Position numbers and translations under genes: made by a program. This document shows, one piece after another, positions 40,102-53,519 of a stretch of DNA of 64,000 bases. The notes below the pieces were generated by a model that was given only the letters and a program-made list of their open reading frames with translations, ran no database searches and was not told the DNA's origin. This DNA comes from Heterodontus francisci. Taxonomy: Eukaryota. The stretch spans positions 6,576,725 to 6,640,724 of the forward strand of contig NC_090421.1 in NCBI RefSeq assembly GCF_036365525.1, read 5' to 3'. The first letter of the stretch is position 1. Every line of letters begins with the position of its first letter.

Positions 40102-40743
40102 CTTGGTTTTTTTTCGGAAAACCTAGAATACAAAAACAAGGAGGTAATGTTATGCATATGCAGGACCTTAGGCCATAAATTGAGTATTGTGTGCAGTTTT
40201 AGGCAACACGTAATCAAAAAGATATAGAAGCAATAGGGAAAAAGTACACTATAAATCTACTAGAATGTTATCATGACTAACGGGTTATACTTATGAGGAA
40301 AGACTTGTTAGGCCTTCACTGAGTCCCAGTTGGTACCTTGATTTAACTCTCTATCCACTATCTGAACTTCAAGTATTTAAAAAGGAAAAGAGTAAGTAAA
40401 GTGAGTGTTGGTACTCTTTCTCACCATCGAGTACCAACACTCACTTTACTTACTCTTTTCCTTTTTAAATACTTGAAGTTCAGATAGTGGATAGAGAGTT
40501 AAATCAAGGTACCAACTGGGACTCAGTGAAGGCCTAACAAGTCTTTCCTCATAAGTATAACCCATCAGTCATGATAACATTCTAGTAGATTTATAGTGTA
40601 CTTTTTCCCTATTGCTTCTATATCTTTTTGATTACGTGTTGCCTAAAACTGCACACAATACTCAATTTATGGCCTAAGGTCCTGCACATGCATAACATTA
40701 CCTCCTTGCTTTTGTATTCTAGGTTTCCAGAGACAAAACCAAG
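40102..40743. repeat. Long near-perfect palindrome, arms about 315 bp, 12-nt spacer
   Basis: 40102-40416 is the reverse complement of 40429-40743 with only a few mismatches; spacer tttctcaccatc. Confidence 0.97.
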
Positions 40744-41749
40744 TACCCCAAGTCTTTTTTTTTTTAAATAAAAAGGGCTCATCTTGTTCATCTATACCTT
40801 TAATGGCCTGTATATCGGCATTCTAAAATCCTTCTGTTCCTTTACACCATTTTAAAGCCATTTAAGGTGTATTTCTGTTCCTTATTCTTACTTCTGCAAA
40901 TATATTTTGTATTTTTTTTTACTTTAAGCAGCATCTACCAATCCTGTTAAGTTTCTGTCGGGAGAGATACAAAAAATCCAGGGGTGCAATGAGGAGAAAT
41001 TCCTTTATGCAGCGATTTATGATCTACAGTGCATGACTTGAAAAGATGGTAGAAGCAAATTCAATAGCAACTTCTGAAAGGAAATTGGATATATGCTTAA
41101 AAATTAAACATTTGCACAGCTATGGAGAAAGAGCAGGGGAGTGAGACTAATCGGATAGCTCTATCAAAGAGCCAGCACAGAGTGGATGGGACAAATTTCC
41201 TCCTTCTGTGCTCTATGATAAGGAAGGGAGAGGCTTGGAAGCAGGGCACATAGCTAGCGTCCATGGATCTGAGGACGCCAATTGAGCAGCAACCTGCCCT
41301 CGAATCAGGGCACGCTGTGGATCTAAACCATCCTTGGTGAGGTTGTGGTTGTGCACCTGCTTCTCTCTTACAAAAATATTACATGTAGGTATTTCGTCAG
41401 CTTTTTATTTTCTTTGCACCATCTTCTCTTTTCCTTTTTCCCAATGTCCTGCGATGACGGACACAAGCATGGGTGATTGTTGGGAGTCTTCAGTCATGAG
41501 TCAACACACAGACGGTATGAGTCACTGTTCATTTTGCGCAGGGATTTCAAGGCAACAGCGCAATCTGGCAACAGCTCGTATACTGAGCAACTCGGTTTAG
41601 GATCTGCTCTGCTTACCACATATAGGGAGTGTGCTTGACCATTTTTCCCTAAATATAGCTCGCCTCAGTCCTTGCTGGGTATCTACAGCCAGCAAAGGTC
41701 ACCCATACTAGCAGCTGAAACAAAAATAAGTACAAACCTTTTACTGTTG

Positions 41750-44065
41750 TGACTTTGAACATGAGAACCCTAATGGACTTGAACATGATGTGGGCGAAAC
41801 CACATTTATTGCAAGGGAACTATCCAGCTACAATGTTGGTAATGACCCCATCAGCAAGACAAGACTACCAAATGAAGGACACCTGACAGAACATGGCACG
41901 TGTTATACCTTCTTCTGGAATTGAAAATTGGCTAGTGATCATCAATTGTTTGGTGAAGGCTTTGCTATTAAGCCTTCGCTGGCTATCTGTCCAGCAGAAA
42001 TGTATGTCAGTATAAACGAAAGACCCATGACCCTCCATATTTCACTAACAAATGCTCATCATGCTGTAGTTATTAGTGCATATGCCCCAATGATGGGCAG
42101 AAGGACGAAATAGAGAACTTCTACTCTGAACTGAACATCCTCTTAACATCAATTCATAGAGGACAAAATTATCCTAATGGGTGATCCCAACCAACAGCTG
42201 GCAAGGATGCAGATCTATGGTGCAGTGTCATTGGTAAAGATGGAGATAGAAAAGTCAACTCCAGTTGTTTCCTTCACCTCAGTAAATGTGCTGAACACGT
42301 GCTAATTATCACCAAAACTGTGAACTGTGTCTGGGCAGGTAGACAGAGATAAATGTATCCAAGATCAAAGCACTGGATTTAATTGATCATATCTTCATCC
42401 GATCAAGGGATTACCAGAATGACCTGATCAGTAGGGACACGTGTGAAGATGGCTGTTGGACTGATCCCAAGCTTATCAGGCCAAGGTATCTATACAATGT
42501 TTTTCAAAACAAGCCTTGCAAACAGCTTAAGACAGGGAGAAAGCTAAATGCAAAACCTCAAGAAGCGGAGGATGCAAGTAATAAGCTCCAGGAACACTTA
42601 GGAAACAGTCTCGCATGAATGATCAATGGCAACTATTAAAAGCTACTTTCATGCCAGTATGCCAGCAAACTAATTGCTTTTCCAGGAAAAAGCAAACAGA
42701 TTGGTTTGCTGAAAATGACCAGCAAATTAAAGATCTCACCAACTGTAAGCACTACACATCAGTTAATTGTCCGAACCATCCTAATTTATGGACGAAGATA
42801 GAATAGTACCAACAGCAAGCTTCTCAGGTAGAGAATTCCAAAGATTCACAACCCTTTGAGTGAAGACATTTCTGCTCATCTCAGTCCGAAATGGTCGACC
42901 TCTTATGCTGAGGCTGTGACACCCCCCCTTAGTTCTAGGCTCCCAGCCAGAGGAAACATCATCCCAGCATCTACCCTGTCAAGCCACTTAAGAATTTTAC
43001 GTTACCACATCCCTAATAATAAATTCTAGCATTTTCCCTCTGACTGATGGCAGACTAACTGGCTTATAGTTCCCAGTTTTCTCTCTGCCTCCTTTCTTGA
43101 ATAGCAGGGTTACGTTCCCTACCCCTGTTCGAGAACTTGGGGAATTCTGGAAGGTAAAAACCAATACATCCATTATATCTGTATCTGCCTCTTTTAAAAC
43201 CCTAGGATGCAGGCCATCAGGTCCAGGGGACATCAACTTTTAGTCCCATTAATTTCATTGGTACTATTTCTTTACAATTAATTTCTTTAAGTTCCTCATT
43301 CTTGCCATTTTTTCTTATATAATTGTGGATCTTTCTGCCAGCTATTTTCAAACGATCCTAAACAGCTTTTTGAAGCCTACAATCTATTTGAACTCCATTA
43401 ATGTTTCCAAACCTAAAGTGCTCATCAACTTGCATCTGGTACTCTGGCTTCTCCCCATCAACCAACATTACCAAGCAATTAGAGTGAATATAGTCTACTT
43501 TGCACACCATGGTAACTATGTCAAAAAACGCAAAAATTGATAGAGAATCAGCACCGCATTAACAGCGTCTTAGCGACTTTTGGCAGCTGGAGGATCAGGG
43601 CCTTCAATGAAAAAGGGCTGGATGATCTACAAGCCTGTTTTTCTCTCAACCCTATGGTTCCAAATCCTGGGTTACTTACAGAAGGTATCTCAAGACCCTT
43701 GAGCTCTTCCAGCAATGCTCCCTATGCAAGATTATTTAAATTCGCTCAGAAGATGACAAACACATTGGGTTTATTCTTTCAAAAACTGGTTGTATCAGTA
43801 TTGAAGCTATAGTCACCAAAGCGCAACTTTGGCTTGTCCGGCCGCGTATATCGAACGGATGACTCCAGGCTCTAAAAACAGCTACTTTATTCAGAACTGA
43901 CCTCCAGCAAATGAAGTGTTAGCAGTCAGAAGAGATAAAAAGATAGTTTGAAATTGAAACCTGAAGAAATGCAATGTTCACATCAATACATGGGAGGAAA
44001 CCAAAGACTGCAAATTGGGGGCATGGAGTCACCACTTTGAACAAGCTAGGATGATCAAAGAGGAG
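41750..44065 (+). mobile_element. Old RTE-clade LINE, decayed, interrupted by CR1 fragments at about 42825-43310
   Basis: AP-endonuclease remnants (NMRTL, IARELSSYN, YTFFW, GFAIK, INERPMTL, ISAYAP) and RT C-terminal remnants (HRINS..ATFG, KQLLYSEL). Confidence 0.75.
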
Positions 44066-44950
44066 GAAAAACATAGAACATAGGAGCAGGAGTAGGCCAT
44101 TCAGCCCTTCGAGCCTGCTCCACCATTCGACAAGATCATAGCTGATCTGGTTGCAGTCTCAACTCCACTTCCCTGTCTGCCCCCCATAACCCTAGACTCC
44201 CTTGTCTATCAAAAATCTAAGTCAGCCTTGAATAAATTCAATGACCCAGCTTCCACTGCTTTCTGGGGAACGAACAAGAATTCCACAAACTAACGACCCT
44301 TTGAGAATTTAAAAAATCTCATTTTCTTCTTAAACTGTGGCCCCTAGTTCTAGTCTCCCCCATAAGAGGGAACCTCCTCCCGGTATCCACTATCAAGTTC
44401 CCTCATGATCTTGTATGTTTCAACAAGATCACCCCTCATTCTTCGAAACTCCAACAGGTATAGGCCCAACCTGTCCACCCTTTCTTCATAAGATAAGCCC
44501 TTCATCCCCAGAATTAGTCTAGTGAACCTTCTCTGAACTGCTCCAAACAATAAATAAATAAATATCCTTGCCGATATAGTTCCAAGTCAGGATGGTGCGC
44601 GGCTAGGAGGGGAACTTGCAGGTGGTGGTGTTCCCATGCATCTGCTGCCCTTGTCCTGCTAGGTGGTAGAGGTCGCGGGTTTGGACGGTGCTGTTGAAGG
44701 AGCCTTGGTGAGTTGCTGCAGTGCATCTTGTCGATGGTACACACTGCCGTCACTGTGTGTCGGTGGTGAAGGCAGTGAATGTTGAAGGTGAATAAGGAGA
44801 CCAAAACTGTATACAGTACTCCAGATGTGGTCTCACCAAGGCCCTGTACAGCTGCAGTAAAACTCCCCTACTTTTATACTCGATTCCCCGTGCAATAAAC
44901 GCCAACATTCCATTTGCTTTCCGAATCACTTGCTGTACCTGTATACATGC

Positions 44951-45292
44951 GGTTAACACCACAGCCTCACAGCTCCAGCGACCCGGGTTCAATTCTGGGT
45001 ACTGCCTGTGTGGAGTTTGCAAGTTCTCCCTGTGTCTGCGTGGGTTTCCTCCGGGTGCTCCGGTTTCCTCCCACATGCCAAAGACTTGCAGGTTGATAGG
45101 TAAATTGGCCATTATAAAATTGTCCCTAGTATAGGTAGGTGGTAGGGAAATAGAGGGACAGGTGGGGATGTGGTAGGAATATGGAATTAGTGTAGGATTA
45201 GTATAAATGGGTTGTTGATGGTCAGCGCAGACTCGGTGGGCCGAAGGGCCTGTTTCAGTGCTGTATTTCTAAACTAAATTAAAACTAAACTA
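44951..45292 (+). mobile_element. HE1-like V-SINE
   Basis: B box ggttcaattc, V-domain, tail (taaac)n. Confidence 0.9.
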
Positions 45293-45748
45293 ATCTTTTG
45301 TGATTCATGTACCAGGACACCCAGATCCCCCTGTTCCACTGAGTTTTGAAATCTCTCTTCAGTTAAATATTATACAGCTTTTCCATTCTTCCTGTCAAAG
45401 TGGCAAGTTCACACTTTCCCGCATTATATTCCATCTGCCAAATTTTTGCCCACTCACTTAACCTATCTATATCCTTCGGTAGACTCTTTACCTCCTCTTG
45501 ACAACTTACTTTCTTCCTATCTTGGTGTCATAGGCAAATTTAGCTACCATCCACTGGTCCCTTCAGCCAAGTCATTGCAAATAGTTGAAGTACCAGCACT
45601 GATCCCTGTGGCACTCCACTCGCTACAGCTTGCCAACTGGAAAAAAGACCCATTTATCCCTACTCTCTGCTTCCTGTTAGCTAATCAGTCCTTTATCCAT
45701 GCTAATATGTTACCCCCACACCATGTGCTGTTATCTTGTGTAGTAACC

Positions 45749-46038
45749 AATTCAGGGTACTGCCTGTGTGGAGTTTGCAAGTTCTCCCTGCGTCTGCGTG
45801 GGTTTTCTCTGGGTGCTCCGGTTTCCTCCCACAGCCAAAAGACTTGCAGGTTGTAGGTAAATTGGCCATTATAAATTGCCCCTAGTCTCGGTAAGGTGGT
45901 AGGGAAATATAGGGACAGGTGGGGATGCGGTAGGAATATGGGATTAGTGTAGGATTAGTATAAATGGGTGGTTGATGGTCGGCACAGGCTCGGTGGGCCA
46001 AAGGGCCTGTTTCAGTGCTGTATCTCTAAATAAATAAA
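45749..46038 (+). mobile_element. HE1-like V-SINE, 5'-truncated
   Basis: V-domain and tail (taaa)n; short aacc duplication at the flanks. Confidence 0.88.
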
Positions 46039-48089
46039 AACCTTTGATGTTGCACCTTATCAAAAGCCTTTTGGAAATATAAGCACATCACATCTACAGG
46101 TTCCCCTTTATCCACCTTGCTTGTTACTTCCTCAAAGGACTCTAAGAGATTAAACACTATTTCCCTTTCACAAAACCATGATGGCTGTCTGATTCCATTA
46201 TGATTTTCTAGGTATCCTGCTATAACCTCGTTAACAATGGATTCTAGTCATTTCCCTAACTGGCCTATAGTTTCCTGCTTTCCGTCTCCCTCCATTCTTG
46301 AATAAAGGTGTTACATTTACAAGAAAGAGTGTCAGTCTTCTGCAACTACGCCATCAATTTGGTTGTCTTTCATATGTTAACTTTGTGGTAAATTATGTCT
46401 CTCTAGGATTGACAGCCATCTAGATACTCACCAAAGACATGGCCAATATTAAAACTTACTTTTTTTTTGTGCTGAGAAACAATCTTCCTTGATTACTGAG
46501 GTATTTCCAAATACCTGCCATGCCCTCCTGCAGTTTGTCTCAATCTTCGGCATAATCTATGATCCCAATTTAATATCAGCAAATTTCAGTATTGTTCCTT
46601 CAATTGCCAAGTACAGATCATTTCTGTATGTAGCAGCCCCCTATGAAATATCACTCACCACATTTCTTCATTTCAAGAAACTTCCATTTACCCCTACCCA
46701 CGCCAGCTGACCATTGTTCTACACAGGCACATTCCCCATATCTGCATGTGCCATATTTGTGGCACAAGTCTCTTGCATGGTACCTTATCAAATACTTTTG
46801 AAAATCCACATAAATTACACCACAATTTCTGTATCGAATCGCATTTATTCATAGAATGCAAAAAAAATTTGTCAAGCACAACCTGCCTTTTAGAAATCTG
46901 TGTTGACTGGCTCTGCTTAACTCATGGTTTTCCAAGTGCTTCGTAATTTTGAGAGATAAAATTGACTTCGGATTTTTACCAATTACTGAATAACTGCCAA
47001 TGGAACTCCAGACTCCCTTTTTTATCCTTACCGGGATATATCTGATAAAAGATCGGCCTGAAACATTACCCGTTTCTCTCTCCACAGATGCTGCCAGACC
47101 TGCTGAGTATATCCAGATTTTCAGCATCCACAGTATTTTGCTTTCGTATATTTAATGTGTGCTTTTAGAATCTCCCATTTCAAAAAATCCCATTGTTAAT
47201 CTAGTTTTATTTGCTAATTTTGCCTTCCACTTGACCTCGGCAAAACTTATCGTATTATAATTTTCTATTTTTTAATTGAGAACCATTCACCTTGATTTTT
47301 CTTATACTGACGCTAATATTGTGATTACTGTTTTCTAAAACTTCCAATACTTTTCAGCCATCTACTTGTTCTATCCCATTACCCAGAACCAGGTCAAATT
47401 GCAGTAGCAACATGTTGTTTGAAAAAAAGAATCCCTTAATTCTTCATTTTTTCCTTTCTACATCCTAAATTCCTTTGTTTATATTCTGTTATCAACAGCT
47501 GTCCTCTTGCAACTCTTTACCTTCTTAAACACCAAAGTTTGATTTCCCTTCCAAGCTGCCTACTGTACTCTGTTCACTTTTCCTTTCCCCCTGCCAATTA
47601 GTTTAAACCATCCACAGTTATGGTTAACCTTATGGTGAGTATATTGGTCCTAGCCTCTGTTCAACTATCAGTTGGTCTGCCAGTGCAGCGCACTTCTGCC
47701 CTAGGAATTTGAACCCTTCCCTTCTGCACAACACCTCAAGCCACAATTTTCTTCCCTAATCTGTCTTTTCCTGTACTGGCTAACTTATAGCACTGGTAGC
47801 AATGCTGAGGTAACTACCCTTGAAGCTCTTCTTAATTGACTTCTTCATTCCTAGAACTCTTTGCAACACCTGAATGTTAATCTTCCCCATGTTGTTTGTT
47901 TCGACATGAGTAACAACTTCTGGCTAAACTCACTCCCACCAACCCCCTCTCCCTCCACACCCTCAAAAATTTCTGCACTTGTTCTGGTAAATACTCTACT
48001 GGAGCACCTGAAATGCAACACACCACTCAGAATTCAAACAACTGTGTAATCCACTTTTGAATATCCCATTAACAATGCACTGGAATGAG

Positions 48090-48800
48090 ACAAGTCGACA
48101 GTGCAGAAACAGGCCATTCTGCCCAACAGGTCTATGCCAGTGTTCATGCTCCACAAGAGCATCTCCCACCCTATTCTTTTACCTCTCATGTACTTATCTA
48201 GCTTCCCCTTAAATGAATCTATGCTATTCGCCTAAACTATTCTATATGGTAGCAAGTTTCAGATTTTAAACCAGGAAATTTCTCTTGAATTCCTAATTGG
48301 ACTTATTAGTGACTATCTTGTATTCATGGCCCATGGTTTTGGACTTCCCACAAGTGGAAACGTTTTCCCTATGTCTACCCTATCAAACCCATGCATAATT
48401 TTGAAGACCGCTATCAGGTCATCTCGTAGTCTTCTCTTTTCTAAACAGAGCCCCAGCCTGTTCAGTCTTTCTGATAGTTGTACTCTCTCAGTTCTGGCAT
48501 CACACTTGTAAATCTTCCTTTTACTTTCTCCAGTGCTTCTATATCCTTATTGCAGTACCACCAGATCTGTGCACAGTAGTGTGGTCTAACCACGGTTTAA
48601 CATAATTTGTCTGCATTTGAATTCTCCCTCTGTAGAAATGAACCTTGTTCACACTTTTTATGGGCTTGTAACCTGCGTTACTACTTGTAAATTTGTGAAT
48701 TGGTACCCTCTAGATCCCTTTGCACCACTAATTCATGATTTTCCAAGGATAGCCTCCTTATTCCTTGTACCAAAATGCAACACCTCACACTTGTCCACTT
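48090..48800 (-). mobile_element. Old CR1 3' fragment (further decayed CR1 pieces at about 46490-47030 and 54150-54870)
   Basis: Tail gtgcagaaacaggccatt and RT C-terminal remnants. Confidence 0.65.
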
Positions 48801-49489
48801 GTATTTGGTCACAGTATTTTTCCTGCATGCAGCAGGAGCTGGACAATAGCAAATAACATTTATACAACATAAGTGCCAGGTAAAGATCATCTCCAAAAAG
48901 AGAAATCTAACCATCTCCCCTTGATGTTCAATAGCATTACCATCGCTGAACTCCCCTCCCATCAACATCCAGGGGGGCTACCACTGACCAGAAACTTAAC
49001 TGGACGAGCCATATAAATACTGTGGCTACAAGAGCAGGACACAAGACCGAGAATTCTGTGGCAAGTAACTCACCTGCTGACTCCTCAAACCTTTCCAACA
49101 TCTACAAGGCACAAGTCAGGAGTGTGAAAGAATACTCTCCACTTGCCTGGATGAATGCAGCTCCAACAAACACTCAAGAAGTTTTGACACCATCCAGGAC
49201 AAAGCAGCCTGCTTGATCGGCACCCCATCCATCCAGCTGGGTGGGACTGCTTGCACCTGGTTCCATTCTTATCTATCTAATCGTAGCCAAAGAATCACTT
49301 GCAATGGCTTCTCTTCCTGCTCCCACACCATTACCTCTGGTGTCCCTCAAGGATCTATCCTTGGCCCTCTATTTATCTACATGGTGCCCCTCGGCAACAT
49401 CATCCGAAAGCACGGCATAGGTTTTCACATGTATGCTGACGACACTCAGCTTTACCTCACCACCACTTCTCTCCACTCCTCCACTGTTG

Positions 49490-50092
49490 ACTCTATTTAG
49501 AGATACAGCACTGAAACAGGCCCTTCGGCCCACCGAGTCTGTGCCGACCATCAACCACCCATTTATACTAATCCTACACTAATCCCTGGCAGGCAGCCAT
49601 AAAGGCGGGGCTAAAGTGTGGCGAGTCGAAGAGACTTAGCAGTTGGTAGGAAAAAAGACAGAAGCGCAAGGGGAGAGCCAACTGTGTAGCAGCCCCGACA
49701 AACAAATTTTTCTGCAGCACCTGTGGAAGAGCCTGTCACTCTAAAATTGGCCTTTATAGCCACTCCAGGCGCTGCTCCACACACCACTGACCACCTCCAG
49801 GCGCTTACCCATTGTCTCTCGAGATAAGGAGGCCAAAGAGACACTAATCCCATATTCCTACCACATCCCCACCTTCCCTATATTCCCCTACCACCTACCT
49901 ATACTAGGGGCAATTTATAATGGCCAATTTATCTATCAACCTGCAAGTCTTTGGCTGTGGGAGGAAACCGGAGCACCCGGCAAAAACCAACGCAGACACA
50001 GGGAGAACTTGCAAACTCCGCACAGGCAGTACCCAGAATTGAACCCGGGTCGCTGGAGCCGTGAGGCTTCGGTGCTAACCACTGCGCCGCCC
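49490..50092 (-). mobile_element. HE1-like V-SINE interrupted by an RTE fragment
   Basis: SINE tail from 49497 and head to 50092; insertion at 49587-49840. Confidence 0.88.
49587..49840 (+). mobile_element. RTE-clade 3' fragment with 11-bp TSD
   Basis: Encodes C-terminal CSTCGRACHSKIGLYSHSRRC zinc finger; TSD acactaatccc at 49576-49586 and 49841-49851. Confidence 0.85.
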
Positions 50093-52305
50093 AAATAAAG
50101 GAAACTACAAAGGTATGAGGTGGGAGTTGGCTCTGGTAGACTGGGGAACTTTACTAAAAGGGTTGACGATGGATAGGCAATGGATAATATTTAAGGAACG
50201 TGTGCATGAATTACAACAATTATTCATTCCCATCTGACGCAAAAAAACCGGGAAGGTGGCTCACAAAAGAAATTAGGGATACTATTAGATCCAAAGAGGA
50301 GGCATATAAAATTGGCAGAAAAAGCAGCAAGTCTGAGGATTGGGAGCAGTTTAGAATTCAGCAAAGGAGGACAGAGGTTGATTAAGCGGGGGAAAATAGA
50401 GTATGAGAGTAAACTAGCAGGGAACATAAAAATTGACTAAAAGCTTCTATAAATATGTGAAGAGAAAAAGATTAGTGAAGACAAATGTAGGTCTCTTACA
50501 CAGTCAGAAACGGGGGAAATTATAATGGGGAACAAAGAAATGGCAGAACAATTAAACACATACTTTGGTTCTGTCTTCACAAAGGAGGACACAAATAACC
50601 TCCCAGAAATGGTAGGGAACCAAGTGTCTAATGAAAGGGAGGAACTGAAGGAAATCAGTATTAGTAAAGAGAAAATAGTGCGAGGGAAATTAATGGGGTT
50701 AAAGGCTGACAAATCCCCAGGCCCTAATAATCTACATCCCAGAGTACTGAAGGAAGTGGCCCTGGAAATACTGGATGCATTGGTGGTCATCTTCCAAAAT
50801 TCTATCGACTCTGGAGCAGCTCCTACAGATTGGAGGGTGGCAAATGTAACCCCACTATTTAAAAAAAGAGGGAGAGAAAAAATAAGGAATTACAGACCAG
50901 TTAGCCTCACATCAGTAGTGGGAAAAATACTAGAGTCTATTATAAAGGATGTGATAGCAGAACACCTGGAAAGCATAAACAGGATTGGACAAAGTCAGCA
51001 TGGGTTTATGAGAGGGAAATCATGCTTAACAAATCTACTGGAGTCTTTTGAGGATGTAACTAGTAGATTAGATAAGGAAGAACCAGTGGATGTGGTGTAT
51101 TTGGATTTTCAGAAGGCTTTTGATAAAGGTCCCACATAAGAGGTTAGTGTGCAAAATTAAAGCACATGGAATTGGGGGCAATATACTGGCATGGACTGAG
51201 AACTGGTTGACAGACAAGAAACAGAGAGTAGAAATAAACGGGTCTTTTTCCGTGTGGCAGGCAGTGACTACTGGGGTACCGCAGGGATCAGTGGTTGGGC
51301 CCCAGCTATTCACAATATATATTCATGAATTGGGCAAGGGAACTAAATGTTACATTTCCAAGTTTGCAGATGACACAAAGCTGGGGAGGGGGGGGGTGGG
51401 GGGGGAAGGAGTGAGTGTGGGCTGTGAAGAGGATGCTAAGAGGCTCCAATGTGATTTGACCAAGTTGGGTGAGTGGGCAAATGCATGGCAGATGCAGTAT
51501 AACGTGGATAAATGTAAGGTTATCCACTTTGGTTGTAAAAACAGAAAGGCAGATTATCTGAATGGTGATAGATTGGAAAAGGGGGAGGTGCAACGAGACC
51601 TGGGTGTCCTTGTACACCAGTCGCTGAAAGCAAGCATTCAGGTACAGCAAGCAGGTAGGAAGGCAAATGGTATGTTGGCCTTCATTGCAAAAGGATTGGA
51701 GTACAGCAGCAAGGATGACTTACTGCAGTTATACAGGGCCTTGGTGATACCACATCTGGAGTATTGTGTGCAGTTTTGGGCTCCTTATCTGAAGAAGGAT
51801 GTTCTTGCCATGGAGGGAGTGCAAAGATGATTTACTAGGCTGATTCCTGGGATGGCAGGATTGACGTTATGAGGAGAGATTGGGTCGACTAGGCCTATAT
51901 TCACTAGAGTTTAGAAGAATGAGAGGGGATTTCATAGTATTGTAACAGGACTAGACAGGCTAGATGCAGGGAGGATGTTCCCGATGGCTGGAAAGTCCAG
52001 AACCAGGGGTCACAGTCTCAGGATATGGGGTATGCCATTTAGAACCGAAATGAGGAAAAGTTTCTTCACTCAGAGGGTGGTGAACCTGTGGAATTCTCTC
52101 CCGCAGAAGGCAGTGGAAGCTATGTCATTAAATATATACAAGGAAAAGATAGATACCATTCTTAATGCCAAAGGGATCAATGGATATGGGGAGAAAGCAG
52201 GAATAGGGTACTGAATTAGACGATCAGCCATGATCTTTTTTGAATAGCGGAGCAAGCCCGAAGGGCCGAATGGCCTCTTCCTGCTCCTATTTTCTATGTT
52301 TTTAT
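50093..52305 (+). mobile_element. CR1 LINE, 5'-truncated, inside L2
   Basis: ORFs 50525-51139, 51090-51830, 51975-52214 with CR1 RT motifs; tail ggcctcttcctgctcctattttctatg. Confidence 0.93.
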
Positions 52306-52350
52306 GTTGCTAAACTATCAGACTGCTGATCTGTCATCCAGTACTGTATG

Positions 52351-52553
52351 TTTAGTTTAGAGATACAGCACTGAAACAGGCCCTTCGGCCCACCGAGTCT
52401 GTGCCGACCATCAACCACCCATTTATACTAATCCTACACTAATCCCATATTGCTACCACATCCCCACCTGTCCCTATATTTCCCTACCACCTACCTATAC
52501 TAGGGGCAATTTATAATGGTCAATTTACCTACCAACCTGCAAGTCTTTTGGCT
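52351..52553 (-). mobile_element. HE1-like SINE, 5'-truncated, in L2
   Basis: SINE 3' half; TSD tgtatg at 52345-52350 and 52554-52559. Confidence 0.88.
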
Positions 52554-53165
52554 TGTATGAGCAGAAATTTCCTCCAACTAAATATTGGGAAGACTGAAGC
52601 CATTGTTTTCAGTCACTGCTCCAAACGCCATCCCCTAGCTGCCAACTCCATCCCTCTCCCTGGCAACAGTCTGAGATCTAGCCAGTCTGTTCACACCCTT
52701 AGTGTCACATCTGAACCAGAGATGAGCTTTTAATCTCATATTTGTGCTAAGACTGCCTATTTCCACCTCCGTAACATCGCCCAACTTTGCCTTATCTGCT
52801 GCTGAAACCCTAGTTCATGCCTTCGTTATCTCTTGACTTAACTATTCCAACACACTCCTGGCTGGTCTCCCATATTTTACTCACCATAAACTTAAGGGCA
52901 TCCAAAACGCTGCTGCCCACGTCTTAACTTGCACCAAGTTCCATTCCCCTATCAACCCTGCGCTCACTGACCTACATTATCTCCTGGTCAAGCAACGCCT
53001 TGATTTTAAAATTCTCATCCTTATTTTCAAATTCCTCCATGGTATCACCCCTTCCTATCGCTGTAATCTTTTCCAGCCCACAACCCTCCAAGATATCTGT
53101 GCACCTCTAATTCTGGCCTCTTGTGCATCCCTGATTTTAATCGCTCCACCATTGGTGGCCACGCC

Positions 53166-53519
53166 TTAGTTTAGTTTTAGTTTAGTTTAGAGATACAGCA
53201 CTGAAACAGGCCCTTCGGCCCACCGAGTCTGTGCCGACCATCAACCACCCATTTATACTAATCCTACACTAATCCCATATTCCTACCACATCCCCACCTG
53301 TCCTTATATTTCCCTGCCACCTACCTACACTAGGGGCAATTGCTAATGGCCAATTTACCTATCAACCTGCAAGTCTTTGGCATGTGGGAGGAAATCGGAG
53401 CACCCGGAGGAAACCCACGCAAACACAGGGAGAACTTGCAAACTCCACACAGGCAGTACCCAGAATTGAACCCGGGTCACTGGAGCTGTGAGGCTGCGGT
53501 GCTAACCACTGCGCCGCCC
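53166..53519 (-). mobile_element. Full-length HE1-like V-SINE in the L2 3' end
   Basis: tRNA head, V-domain, (taaac)n tail. Confidence 0.9.

Larger units (their letters stand above)
44068..46320 (-). mobile_element. CR1 LINE with three nested insertions
   Basis: CR1 tail at 44068 and RT motifs; interrupted by a family-B fragment (about 44570-44790) and two SINEs. Confidence 0.85.

Noticed and set aside
51383-51410. G-run inside CR1 RT (possible G-quadruplex)
   Set aside because: Looks like local homopolymer expansion in a dead TE; no sign of function.
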